Shown here: piece after piece, positions 39,048 to 51,425 of the stretch
How positions within the stretch are numbered: the stretch's first letter is position 1
How the letters are laid out: each line of letters begins with the position of its first letter
Made by a program: the position numbers and the translations under genes
The notes under the pieces: model-generated
What the model was told of the DNA's origin: nothing
The model's input: only the letters and a program-made list of their open reading frames with translations
The model's database searches: none
Assembly: GCF_018977255.1 (NCBI RefSeq)
Contig: NW_024704742.1
Span: 82,958,001 to 83,022,000, forward strand
DNA length: 64,000 nucleotides
Origin: Callorhinchus milii
Lineage: Eukaryota
Direction: 5' to 3'

Positions 39048-40588
39048 GGAATAACTTTTATTTAATATTGCTTTCCCTTGGACTCAAAGGCTCTTCCCCT
39101 ATCCTCTCCCTTCCCTGTCCCAGTAGCTAAAGGAGAGCATGGATTTGATTTTAAAAATGATCCTGGCATTTTACATTCTGTCAGCGTTTTCAGGTCTATT
39201 CTTGGGCAAGAAACAGACTGAGAGTAAAGCGCAGTCACAGTCACTAACCAGAGAGTGCTGTTTTTTAGTTTGAGCCCTCAGAGATGCCACCCCATGTGAA
39301 GGCTCCTATATAAGTACAAGTTGTTGTATTGCTTCCAGTTTGCAAAAAGCAAATCTTCAACCTAGACCTGAATGTAGAGTGGGAAATCCTTGTGCTGATC
39401 TCACAAGCACACAGAGCATTCACTGTTAAAGACTGTTCCTTCAGCCCCCAAATACTGTAAATCGATGAATGTTTCTGGTCTCGACACAGATCTCTAAATC
39501 CACTTCAGAACATCTGTCTGCTGAAATACTGCAAGCAGGAACGCAGCTGTTTAGATGTGATGCGGAATACGGTAGTTTCACACTAAAAGTAGAGAAGTGT
39601 TTTTCACTGTTCCAAGGGAAGATTAATAATAATCCTTATATCTTGTATAGCCGCTTTCACATTGAGAGGATGTTGCAAAGCGCTTCACAGGATATATTGT
39701 AAAGTGGTATGACTGCGTTATTTTGTGGATGAACACGGCAGCCAATTTGCCCACAGCATTATCCCAATTTATATTGAAAAAGACAGCTGCTGCTCAAAAT
39801 CGAGAGATATCCCTTTGAAAAAATAAATTTGGGAGGAATTTTTAGATGCCAGTGATTCACAAAGCACAGAGAAAAAAAAACACAATGCCCGGATTATGAA
39901 TGTAACATATGCTTGCACAGCGGTTTGACAATAGAAGAGAAAAAGAATAAACAAACAGAAAATAATTAAATTTCAACACTCCATGTCAAATCAGAACAAC
40001 AAAAATATAATACACTGGCTGTTATCTCAATGAAACTCAGCTTTGAACAAGTTTAGTTTGGATTAAAAATTGTTTTGATTCAAACAAGATTACCTTTTTG
40101 AAAGTTCCGTAGCATTTTATAATTATAATGAACCACAAGTAGTTTCTGATGAAAATTGATTCCAATCGTGGAGCTTGTTTTATTTTTAGCAAGAACCCAA
40201 GTTTATATTTGTCAGAAGTTGCCTTTCACTGCTGTTGTACCATATGCTACAAATTCAGTTAGGAAATGCAGTGTGCAGTGACCTTGGCTCCTTCAAGGCC
40301 CCTCTCAAGACCCGCCTCCTTGACCACGCCTTTGGTCACCCTTCTACTCCCACCTGCCCTCAACTCCTCCTGGTCCCCACCCCCATCTTGGGTGCACATC
40401 TTTGACTGTCCAGCGCTCAGGCCGTCCTCCCAATATGAAAACCTTTTTACAGCTGTAAGTTGTTGTTGCGCGCATGAACGCTGATTTACCTGTATAATGT
40501 CAAAGTGGAAACTTGTTTCCCCTCTTCAGTCACGGTAAAAAAAAATATTCCAGCTTTTGGGACCTACATCCCTTAAATGATTTTAATA

Positions 40589-40937
40589 CAGTAAAACTCA
40601 TCTTTCCAGACTCCGGGTATCCAGAATTTGGATCCAGCCAGAATGGGCCCAAAACCCTAAAAAAAGAAAACAAAATTACCTTGGGTCTGCACCCGTGTAG
40701 ACTCCCAACTCTTCCACGCCACATTGAGCAGCCTCACCATCCTTGCTGGCCTTCACAGTGGCCTGCATTACCCATTTTGACTCAGATTGTTGAGTCCTGC
40801 GAGCAGAAGACAGTTTATTCGCTATCTTCTGCTTGCGGAATGCAAACAATTACAATGCCGGTACCAACATTTTAATTGCACTAAGCTGGCAATTCCAGCT
40901 CGCCGGACTAAATCTTTAGCTAATCAAGGTTTTACTG
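40589..40937. mobile_element. Tigger/pogo-like (Tc1/mariner superfamily) non-autonomous element
   Basis: TA|CAGTAAAAC...GTTTTACTG|TA: a 9-bp perfect TIR flanked by TA at 40587-40588 and 40938-40939, with CCGG/CCAG-rich subterminal sequence. Confidence 0.65.
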
Positions 40938-43900
40938 TATAAAATCTGTTAATAGTGAATTATATATTATAAATAATCCTTAATTTGATATTGCTCCTTT
41001 GACTTCAGGAGAACAACTTGCAATTGTATAGTGACTTTCACGCAGGGTAGAGTTTCTGAGCTTTGCACTTAACAGTATTTTACTGTTAAGTGTAATTACT
41101 ATATTGTGAGCAAATGTACTTATTTTGTCTTTCACACAAGATAACAGACCCCCAACGTCACTCCTGGATTTGTTTTTGCATTTGAGGGATTATTGTTGAG
41201 AGAGCCGTATTCGTGGAGGAGGGAGTGCTTGGCACCAAACCTGTGTGGATTGGGGCTCAACTATGACACTTTGTTAATCTTATTGTGTCCCTTTACTGCC
41301 ATCAAAGAGAGTGATAATCATATAGTCTGCCAGCTGAGTGTAAGCCTGTGAAGGAAAGAGTCTGCGATCTTTGCCTTATGTCAATGAGCTGTAGCTCCAT
41401 GGAAGTTTTGTGCTGAAGTGAGACAAATTGCATGTAATGAGATTCCAGCAAGCTTTTGCTGAGCGGGTCTTGTGTGCTGATCAAGTGTGCAGAATGAGTT
41501 TGCAGGCATGGATCAATCCAGCATATTATTGCTTTTTGTTAGGGGTTCAATCAGATATCGCATTGATCCATTATTCATTTGGTCAATACACTGTGGGAGC
41601 ACAAAGTACACAATGCCTTGATTTACCACAGTACAACATCTAACGCTGTTAAACATCAGATTTGAAAACTGCTTGAAGACGTCTTCACTGGAGTTAATTT
41701 CTCAAGCTTGGAGCGATACGACTCTTATTTGTCTCTTTATCACTGTTCTATTTTATTTCCAGAACTGGGCAAATTGCTCGACTTCCCCAGAATAAGATAA
41801 CTGAATATAATCTAGGATATATTATAACTGTACAGCCCCTGCTCTGCTCAGAAAACTCGTGGATCTTCCCCCACCCCCCCACCTGATCTGCCCCACCTTA
41901 CCTGCCTCCCTGCCTTCAAAACCCGCCTGAAGAACTATCTTTTCAACTGTGCTTTCGGTCACTTTTTCCCACCCCCAGCTCCCCCTCCCTTGCTCGCACT
42001 CCCAGTCAGTTGTGTGATGGTTTTTGAGATTTCCTGCTGTTGTGAAAGGAGCCGTATAAATGTGAATTGTTGTTGAGATCAGTGCTTAGTTCAGATCATG
42101 TTGATGAGTCACACAATAACAAGCGACACAGAGATGGTCAGAGTGTGTGCCTATCACTAGTGTATACAATTCCATTCATTTATCTTTCTGCAACAGGATG
42201 TACAATCCTAAAACACAAAGTTATTATTAGGCAAACATGGTTGATTACCTTCTCGGGGGTATTCAGCGCACGCAACTGTGAACCAGAAACAATCTCATGT
42301 TAAAGATCTTATTTGCCTTAGTTTTGCATTTCAAGCTTTGAGCACTTAGGTGAGGAATGTAAACTGAATGATGACGCTAGGTGTGACATTGGCTGGCTCT
42401 GTTGCTTGGCAGTGCATAAGCAGCACAGCTCAAGCATGAGCATGTTCTATTCCACAGGAGCTCATTGGAGATTTTGTAACCTTGTGGTCAGGTCAAACCA
42501 CTTTGCACCGATTAAATGATGGCAAAGAGGAAATGATGGAGGATGCTTTTCCTTTATCGGACTTTATCCCACTTTCCTTTGTAAGGTTACGTTGATTTCT
42601 AAGGAGCCTCAGAAGCCTTGACTGTGCTTATGGTCACCTCCTCCTTCCCCCCACCCAGCTCCGTCACTGTTAAGCACTCTGATACGTTGCCTCATGTGAA
42701 GGGTGCTATACAAATGCAAATGGTTGTTGCTGTTGTTGAGCACGAACGATGCTCAGATGACTGAATACAGTTTAGGGTATAGAATGTGTTATAATATAAA
42801 TCCTCCTGCCCAAGCCACTCCCTCTGCTCAGCAAACCCCAGCCTGCTTCCCCCACTCTCCCCTTCCCACTGGCCTGATATCTCCTCACTATCACTTTTCG
42901 TATGACTCTCTGAGACACTCCCCTCCGTGAAGGTCACTATATAAATAAATGTGTGTGGGTGTTGTTGAACGTTACCATAGTAACAGAGTTATTATGGGTT
43001 AACTGTTGTCCAGCAGGAGTCACAACCCATAAAAAAATCCGGAGCCTGCGGAGATCTTCTGCTTTAACACTATGCTCCATAGCGCTACTTGATTTTACTG
43101 TGAATCACTGTGGCTGCCTGTTTCGTTTAAAACATCCTTTCTATAAGATGCATTTATGGATTTCGAATAGTTCTCAAAGACAAAGAGTACTCAGTGTACT
43201 CAGAAAGAATTTGAAAATAGCTTTCATACTTGCGGTTATGTTATCCCGTGTGCAGATCAAAATGACTACATAATCACCAGCTCGATTTCAACCAGTCATT
43301 TTTCACCAGGGATGTTCCTTCTGCTTCGCTCTTTTTTAAAAAAAATTGGGCTAAATTTTGAACATTCCATTCTTGCACCTGGATCAGAATTTGAAACCTC
43401 AGCCTGAGGTTTGAATGAACTGCGGATCGCAGAGCTGGAATCTGTCCAGTCAGTGGAGAGAGACGCGTTCTTTCTCCCGTCATGGACAGAAGGTTCAGAG
43501 GGGATGTTGGTGGGGAATGGAATGACTTCCAGCAGTGTAACTCTCACTAAAGGTGGATAAAACCCACCTCACTGATATGTTTTGCCCTTATGACAAAGCA
43601 TATCGATGCCCGAGACACGAAGTAACATTTCGCCTCAGCCAGCGAGACGATTTTGGTTTTAAAATTCAAGGTGGCGCAAGCAGAATTTGAGAAAATTAAA
43701 TCTGCTATTGGAAGCTGATCTTTTTAAGAAACCGTAGGAAACTGCGTTCCAAGCTTCTAAGAATATTCCACAATTCCTCACAATCTTACATTTTGAGACA
43801 AATGATCTGACAGGCTAAGGCTAGGTGGAATTTTGGGCAGTTAGTGAGTGGATTGGGTCAGCAGGTGAGCTTCTGTTTCCTTGGGCACCGTGATTCAGAG

Positions 43901-44902
43901 CTATATTCTTCAGAGTTGATTTATAAGAGAGGTTTGGATGATGAAACCTCCGTTTCCCATCTGATCTCATCCTTTCTTCTTAGCCACTGAGCATGTGATC
44001 AGGTTCATTCAATCCCATTGTCAAAGTGAGGACTTCACAAGATTGGTTTGGATGAAGAAAGCCCTTTCGCGCCCAGGAGATCTCACCCTTCCAGAACACC
44101 CACCCGACCACCCCTCCCCATTAAAACATCCATCTGCTTTTGTCAAAATTTGTCCAATGTCCTGGCCTCAACCACCCTTCGTAGTAACCCGTTAACAACC
44201 ATAGATCCCCCCTCTGAGTAAAGAATGTTGATCATTCGGACAACGATAAACTGTCTCGGGCTCCGAGCCACGTAAAAGTTTACACCCTAATAAATTTTGG
44301 ATTTTGACAAGTTTACTAGTGTGTAATCGACCTTGTGAAATATGACTGGCCTGTTATTAAAAAGTATTGTTTTTTTATTATATAATGATATTTTGTTGGA
44401 TTTAAGTGTTTGACAAAGCAGTTCAGCTATTATACAGGGGTGATGTCAAACAAGTAGTTTGCTCAAAAGAGGAAATGTCATTCACTGTAGAGTGATCAGC
44501 AGTTTGATAGTGAAGGCGATGTGAATAGAATAGGACACAAAAAGTGGGAAAACAGCAAGAAAGGGCTTGAAGTGCAAAGATACACGAATGATAATGAAAA
44601 ACATCCTTGTGTTTGATATGAATGATTTAAAAAGTTTGAAGACTGAACAGTCAGATCAAAATAGATAAGAATGGGAAATGACAATGGGCAGAGTAAACCG
44701 TAATAAATGAAGAAATAGCAAAGAAGTGAAAGTGTGACGCTCAAAACAGACCCAGATACACGGTTCAAGACAGCCTCGCGTCTTGAGACAGACACGGCTG
44801 TTGGAAGTAATGTTAGCAGCACTGCCTGCACATGCCGTCAACATTTTCATAGTTCAAAATGATAAAATCAATGTGAAAAAGGAGAGGGGCTGGTGAACAT
44901 TC

Positions 44903-45272
44903 ATAGAATCGTACAGCACAAAAAGAGGCCATTCAGCCCATCGAGTTTGTGCCGGCTCTTTGAATAGAGAAATTAATGTCAATTCCACTCCCCAGCCCTG
45001 TCCCCATAACTCTGCAATCCCGTCCTCCTCAAATACCCGTCCACTGCGTTTTTAAAAGTAATTATCGAATCGGCCTCCACTGCTCTTTCAGGCAATGCAT
45101 TCCAGATTCGAACAACACACTGTGTGAAAAAATTTCTTCTCACCTCCCCTCTGCTTCTTTTAGATACTATTTTGAATCTGTGATCTCGAGTCACCGACAT
45201 ACCCACCAGTGGAAACAGTTTTTCCCTTTCTAACCTATCAAATCACCTCATGATTTTGAAGACCTCTATTAG
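44903..45272 (-). mobile_element. CR1-clade LINE 3' end
   Basis: ORF 44979-45206 reads TRDHRFKIVSKRSRGEVRRNFFTQCVVRIWNALPERAVEADSIITFKNAVDGYL, followed by a CR1-type 3' UTR (gggctgaatggcct...gtgctgtacgattctatga). Confidence 0.88.
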
Positions 45273-45274
45273 GT

Positions 45275-45410
45275 GGGATGTTCAAATCTGGGGTCCTGGG
45301 AGTGTTGGGGTTGTGGAGCCTGGTGCGGGAGAGAATGCTGGCTGCAGAGTTCGGGATGAGTTGGAGGTTGTAGAGAGTGGAGCTTGGGATGAGGGGCAGG
45401 GAAGCATCAC
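45275..45410 (-). mobile_element. Short L2 RT C-terminal fragment
   Basis: Reverse complement resembles the L2 segment at 31365-31460 (ctccaactcatcccgaactctgcagcc). Confidence 0.55.
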
Positions 45411-46974
45411 AGAAATTTTCATAAAATCATTCTATTTGTAATGGTAATCATATAAACCCAAATCACTATAATCTTGTGAGTACGGCCACCACCTGCTTTT
45501 CTCCCTAACCCCTTCCCCCAAATGTAATAATAATAATAATCCTTGCATTTGATATAGCACCTTATCACATGGTTGCGACATCACAAAACACTCACAAGAT
45601 ATACTGTAATGTGCATTGACTGTGTGTTTTGTGGACGAGTCCGAATATATAGTTCTGAATAATACAGAACGTGAGGTAACGTCAATTGGAGGTCAAATGA
45701 AAGACTTGATCTGGCATTCGGCTTTGCATACGGTTCCTAGGTCTTAAACTGCGATCCTCCTGAATTGTCAACCGTATTGGTGCAGTGCTGTAGCAAGTCA
45801 CGACAAAAGGTTTTGTGATTGAAATGCCTTAAGAGGTCAATGGGGTTGCATTGCAGCGGCCTGAAGAATGCTCTGCACATTGCGTGAAGTGGCTCTCGCC
45901 ATTGTGCAGAACATTCGAGTCAGCAGCCACCCTGAAGCTGGGCAAATAAGTAAGTTATTAACAGAGCTTTGTCTCGATGAACAGGAATTTTAATTTGTAG
46001 ATGTTTTCAGCAAAGGAGTGTTTGCAGAAGCTTAGAGATGTGATTGATGAAGCTTCCTTAAAAACACTGGCAGTTCTTATCTGAGCGAGAAAACCAGCTG
46101 GGCATTTATGTCTCATAAGGCAACCAAAAAAAACACCAGCAAGCAGCTTTTTTCGTTTCACTTGTTTGCACTTTCTTAGGGACTGGGGTTTAAAACAGCA
46201 AAGCATTTTGTTCTGTGCTTTTCTCTCATTTTGTTGACTTCAGATAATCGAAGAAGGAATGTCATTGAAACATGTTTTGAAACTAACGTTCTTGCATCCT
46301 GACTCTCGTCAGTTATACTCGCGTAATTTGGCAGCAGCAGAAGTGGTTTGCGAGCTGAGACAGCCGATGCCAGTTCATTACTGCAAACCAGCCTTCTCCT
46401 CCCCCCCCACCCACTCCCTCTGTCTCCCTTCACTGTCTCTCACTTTTGACGTGGGACACGTTGAAACCAGAGGAGGGTGAAAAAAAGGGACTGACATCAA
46501 TAGGATTAATGTGCATTTCAGAAATTGCTCCAGTGACTTGATGATCAGGCGAATGGATGTTAATAAAATGGAATGCCGATTTCATTATGTTTGGGTGATG
46601 TTTAAATGCTATTTGTGTAGACTGTGAGCTCTCAATCCGGCAGTTCTCAGCTTTGCAAGGAGACCCTGATGTTTAGCAAGGACTGGAATCCTTTCCTCCA
46701 CCAAAAATGACACCAAATTCGCACTAACACTTCTCACATAGTATAATTGGCTCCAAGTCCTTCGGAAAGACAACAGAAAGTATAGAGCAGGTAGGAGGAG
46801 AAGAGAGGGAAATAAGTGTTGGCTGTTTGTGGGACACTACTGTGTGCAATTGGCTGCTACATTTTGCCCACAAAATACACAGTCAATTCACTTTACAATA
46901 TATTCTGTGAAGCCTTTGAGACGTCTCAACATCATGATAAGGCACTATATAAAATGTAAGGATTATTATTATAT

Positions 46975-47282
46975 ACTGTAAAATGGAGTGATTGTATTTT
47001 TTGTATGTGAATGCAGCAGCAAATTTGTGCGCAGCAATGTCCCACAAACTGCCATGAAGTGAGTGATCAATGTTATCTGGGGGATTGTTGGCCAGGAAAC
47101 AAGGCATCGTTAATAGGCATCCACTGAAACAAGCCGATAGGTCCTCGGGTTAACGTCTTATCTGAAGGACGGTACCTCCAACAATACAGGTTTCCCTCAA
47201 TAGCCTTGACTAAGTTCAAAGTTCTGATGTGGAGCTTAAACCCGCAAGTTTTTGCCGCAGAGGCAAGAGTGCTACCAACTAG
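46975..47282 (-). mobile_element. Deu-domain SINE, tail-to-tail with a + strand SINE 3' fragment at ~46820-46972
   Basis: Core aacgtcttatctgaaggacggtacctccaacaat and head agaggcaagagtgctaccaact. Confidence 0.75.
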
Positions 47283-48619
47283 CACTGGGGACAAGCACCA
47301 ACCTCTTGCAGATGGGCGTATTATTCTCAAGCCACTCTCCTGGAGCTCCTAGCATGGTGTCAGTACATCCACCTTAATTTCTCATTACACAATACCCAGA
47401 ATGACGGCTCATGCTGCCTCTTCTGTTGAATAAAATTATAGTTGTAATTAAAAGCATGAGTAGGCCATTTGTGTTGGAAGTTAATTTTTTAGAATAAATG
47501 CTTATGCGTTACATGGGAATTAATGGTTCTATATCTTTCAAAGTCTTGTCTCAGTGCAGCAGGGTAATAAACCACAAGACTGATAATCTGTTAAGTACTA
47601 GAAAGTGCTGAATTGTTAGAGGTGCCTTCCTTCAGATGGGATGAGATGGTAAACTGAGGTCGGGTTTGCTTAACCGGGTGGACATTAAACATCCCATGTT
47701 GCTAATTGAAAAGAGAAGGGAGTTTCTCCCAGTGTCCTGGTCTGTAATCCCCCAGATTAAATTGATCACAAGCCTTGTGCTTGTTTAGCTGATCTGACTG
47801 TGTACAAAATAGTTGAGTCTAGTGGAATGGAGAAACAACAGCGATAGGGAGAGAATAAGAGTTCACTATAATCTAGGAAAAAGTAATATTTATTACATAA
47901 TTATTATGTTATTACAGTGTATATTGCTTATTTTTAATAATAATTATTTATTAATAACAATAATAAATGTTAATGTTTCAATTGAAATTGTCATCACTTA
48001 TAATAAAAAAAGGTCAAGAAAAGGAAAATAAATCTAGTCTTGGTATCTGCAAAATTTGATGCTAGCTCAGTAGAGTTTTACACTGTAAAGTGTAGTGACT
48101 ATTTTGTAGGCAAACAGGGCAGATTGGTGGTTACACAGCAATGTCCCAACAAAGTGAATGACCCATTTTTATCTGGGAGATTGTAGGCCAGGACACCAGG
48201 AGGAACTCCCTTCTCTTTTCGAATAGCGTCATAGGATCTTGAAAAGAACAGAAAATGACAGAGGAGAGAGAGCTTGAGAAACAACCAAAAAGGGTGGCAG
48301 GCAAAGAAGCACAAACGTCAGAGAAACAAAAAGAGAACAAATAAAGAGAAACAATGAAAAGACACAGCAGAGGGTAAATAATACTTTCTGAGTGTTTGAA
48401 TTAAAAAAATCTTGCAATGCCATTAAATAAAAACACTTCAGAAATATGAAGAAGGCAGTTGTGTTGCCTGGATATTTTTTTACCTTTGTTGCGATTCCAT
48501 TGCAGTGTGTGTGGGATATAGACACGGAAATGGAGAGCAGACATATAGGGAGACAAGGGTGCCATCTACAGGAAGTGTGACCAGAACACTGTAACTTTGC
48601 TGTACATATCTTCCCTTGT

Positions 48620-48963
48620 TTTATATAATGCCTTCCATGTCTGTAGGATATCTCAAAGTACTTCACAGAATTTGCTGTAAAGAGTAGTGACTGTGTATTT
48701 GTAGACAAGTGTAGCAGCCAATTTGTGCAATGCCCCGCAAACAGCCATAAAGTGAATGACCAGTTTTATCTGGGGGAATGTTGGCCAGATCACTGGGAGA
48801 AACTCCCTTCTCTTTTAGAATAGTGTCATGGGATCTTTAACGTCCACCTAAACAGGAGCTTAATTTAACATTTCACTCGAAAGATGGCATCTGTCAATCT
48901 GGACTCTGTGAGTTCAAAACTGACTCAAAGGTGAGAGTGTTACCAACTGAGCCAAGCTGACAC
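48620..48963 (-). mobile_element. Deu-domain SINE
   Basis: Head end taccaactgagccaagctgacac at ~48941-48963, with core and tail as in 55880-56295. Confidence 0.78.
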
Positions 48964-50317
48964 CGTACTGACACATGAGGAGCACTACAGAGAATCGGCT
49001 AGAATAGTGAGAAGATGCCAAGATGAAGATTCAGTGAGTGAAAACAAGTGACCCTTGTTGTCCGTCTTTTCCTCGGCACTGGGACACTGTGTTGGCAGTG
49101 CATGCTCAGCACCTTTTGTGGGAAAACTTTTGCCTTAAGGCCTATGGGGAAATAAAGAAATGAAGAAAAGCTCCCACCACACACACACACATACACCAAC
49201 CCCAGTTCTCAGAACAGCTGGGAATGAGCAGTAAATACTAGTCCTGCCAATATTGTCCACATCCCAACATGAGTTAAAAACAAAAGAGAGGACAATTCCG
49301 TTAGACATACTGCCAGCATCACGGACTCCTGTAATCCTGAGCATAGTTACAGGTGACAGTGATTGAATTTCCCAATATTCCAGACACCTCGGACAGTCCT
49401 GTTAGCTGGGATATTAGGGGTGAGAGTTGGTTATTAACTGTACAAGAAACAGTAACTGTATTCAATACAAAACTCTTCTGATCCACTGTGGTGATGATGC
49501 TACTTCCCATAGTTTCCATAAAACAAAACTTCATTTCACCACACCCTGTGAAATGGTCGCTATGTTATTTTCAAACATTTGTTGCCCCTAAACTTGCTTA
49601 CCATTGGACTGGTTTGAGTACCTTGCTTTAAGATGGAGAGCAGCGTGTTGGCTTACATTAGGCAATGTTTGTTCTGTCTGGACGTGGTCTTGTTTATTTT
49701 GACTGATGAGAACTTACTGAGCTGGAATCTATATTCCCATCAGTGTGGGATCAGCACCACATCCCCCCTCCCCATTTGTTACACTTGGTTTTGCAGATCT
49801 GACTGAGAGAGATGCAAAGGTCATGCATTGGCTTTATTTGTCCCTCCTCCATCCCTCTTATCATCGTCTTGTTGAAATAAACCTCTGTTAGTACACACAA
49901 CTTTGCACGGACACCAGTGTTGTCCATATATTAAAAACCTTGAAGATAGTTTATTGTGTCTGCCCTGGCCGGGTGTATTTATCATGAGTCCAGTGAGTCC
50001 AGTCAACATCGGCAACACACTTACACTTCACAATTTATTGCTGCCCTTTGACCATTATGCATCCTGGGTCAGTGGAAATATCTTGGATGCTTTTAAGAAT
50101 ACTGCTGGGAAGTTTGGAAATTGCTTAATCTGAAATTCAGAGAGTGCTTTAAATCAATAATGTAAATTGGCAAGCTCCCGACAGCCCGTGAGCCATTCCT
50201 TAATTATGCCACACTTATCATACACAAAGGTCACTGGTTTCAACTGGTAGAATGAATTCTTAAAATAGTTCTTCCCACAGTGCCACTCTCCCTCCTGCTA
50301 AATCAATTGCTCCCAAA

Positions 50318-50640
50318 TGTCAGCCTGGCTCAGTCAGTAGCACTCTCAACTCTGGGTTAGTTGTTTGTATGAAGAAAATCAGGACTTATATAATAAGAAC
50401 TTATGTTAAGGTACGGTACTGAAGTAGCACTGTATTGATGGAGGTGCCATCTTCGTCCTTCACCCTTTTAAATTGAGGTCCCATCTGCCCGTTCAGGTGG
50501 ACAATCCTAGGATAATATTTGGCAAGAGAAGGGAGTTTCTCCCATGTCTTGGTCAAGAATCCTCCAAATTAACTGACTTTTGTTATTGCCGCTTGGCTGT
50601 TTGTGGATCCATGATGTGTGCAAATTGGCTGCTGTGTAAA
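50318..50640 (+). mobile_element. Deu-domain SINE (degenerate)
   Basis: tgtcagcctggctcagtcagtagcactctc head, ggaggtgccatctt, ccgttcaggtggac and gggagtttctccc blocks. Confidence 0.72.
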
Positions 50641-51049
50641 CGACCTGTGTGTGTAACATGGTAAAGACTTATATAAAAAATGCACTGAGATGTATGGATA
50701 ATTAAAGTGTGGTTCACAGTAATAATTGGGTGGAAAATTCAGTGTGTGATGTTACATAATTATCATCAAAGATAACTCTCAAAGAGCTGAAGTGTGCAGT
50801 GTAAATGGGGAGTGAAATACCATAATGACAGGTGACTACAACAAAGATAGTGGCTTGCGGAAGCCAAGCCTAACCTTGCCCTGAAATATTGTGTGTGCGA
50901 GAGGGTGGGGGCGGGGCGATCACCCAAACCTGTCATTAAATACACATTTGAGTTGCATTGTATCAGCTGTATCAGCGCTCCCGCCAGCCATCATTGTGCC
51001 GTGAGCCCGACTGTCATATAGAGAACAACGATGGTGACGACAATGAACA

Positions 51050-51425
51050 TACTTCGGAATTGGGCAGATCGATGGCAGATGAAATTCAATGGGGAGCAAT
51101 GCAAAGTGCTTCACATGGGGACAAAAAATCCAGGAAGGGGCTATTAAATGGAAAGAAAATAATCTGTACGGAAAATGAAGAGGACCTGGAGTTTCTGATT
51201 GACAATACATTGAAGCTATGGCAACAATGCTCAATAGCAGTGAGTAAGGAAACCAGATACTGGGCTGTATTAAAAGGGCAATATTGACCCGAAATAGTGG
51301 GCTGATCCTGCCACTTTACAAATCATTGGTGCGACTGCACTTGGAATACTGTGTGCAGTTCTGGTCACCGCAATGTAAAAAAGATATTGCAGCGATTGAG
51401 AGGATACAGAGGAGGGCAACCAAAT
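51050..51425 (+). mobile_element. CR1-clade LINE RT fragment
   Basis: Broken frames give WQMKFN..., EEDLEFLID.TLKLWQQCSIAV and [39 protein letters not shown]. Confidence 0.85.

Noticed and set aside
48559..48573. CTCF-like site (reverse complement CCTGTAGATGGCAC)
   Set aside because: Single imperfect match, expected by chance in 64 kb without other evidence.
48229..48708. 159-aa minus-strand ORF
   Set aside because: Spans a SINE tail and low-complexity purine-rich sequence, with no protein-like features.
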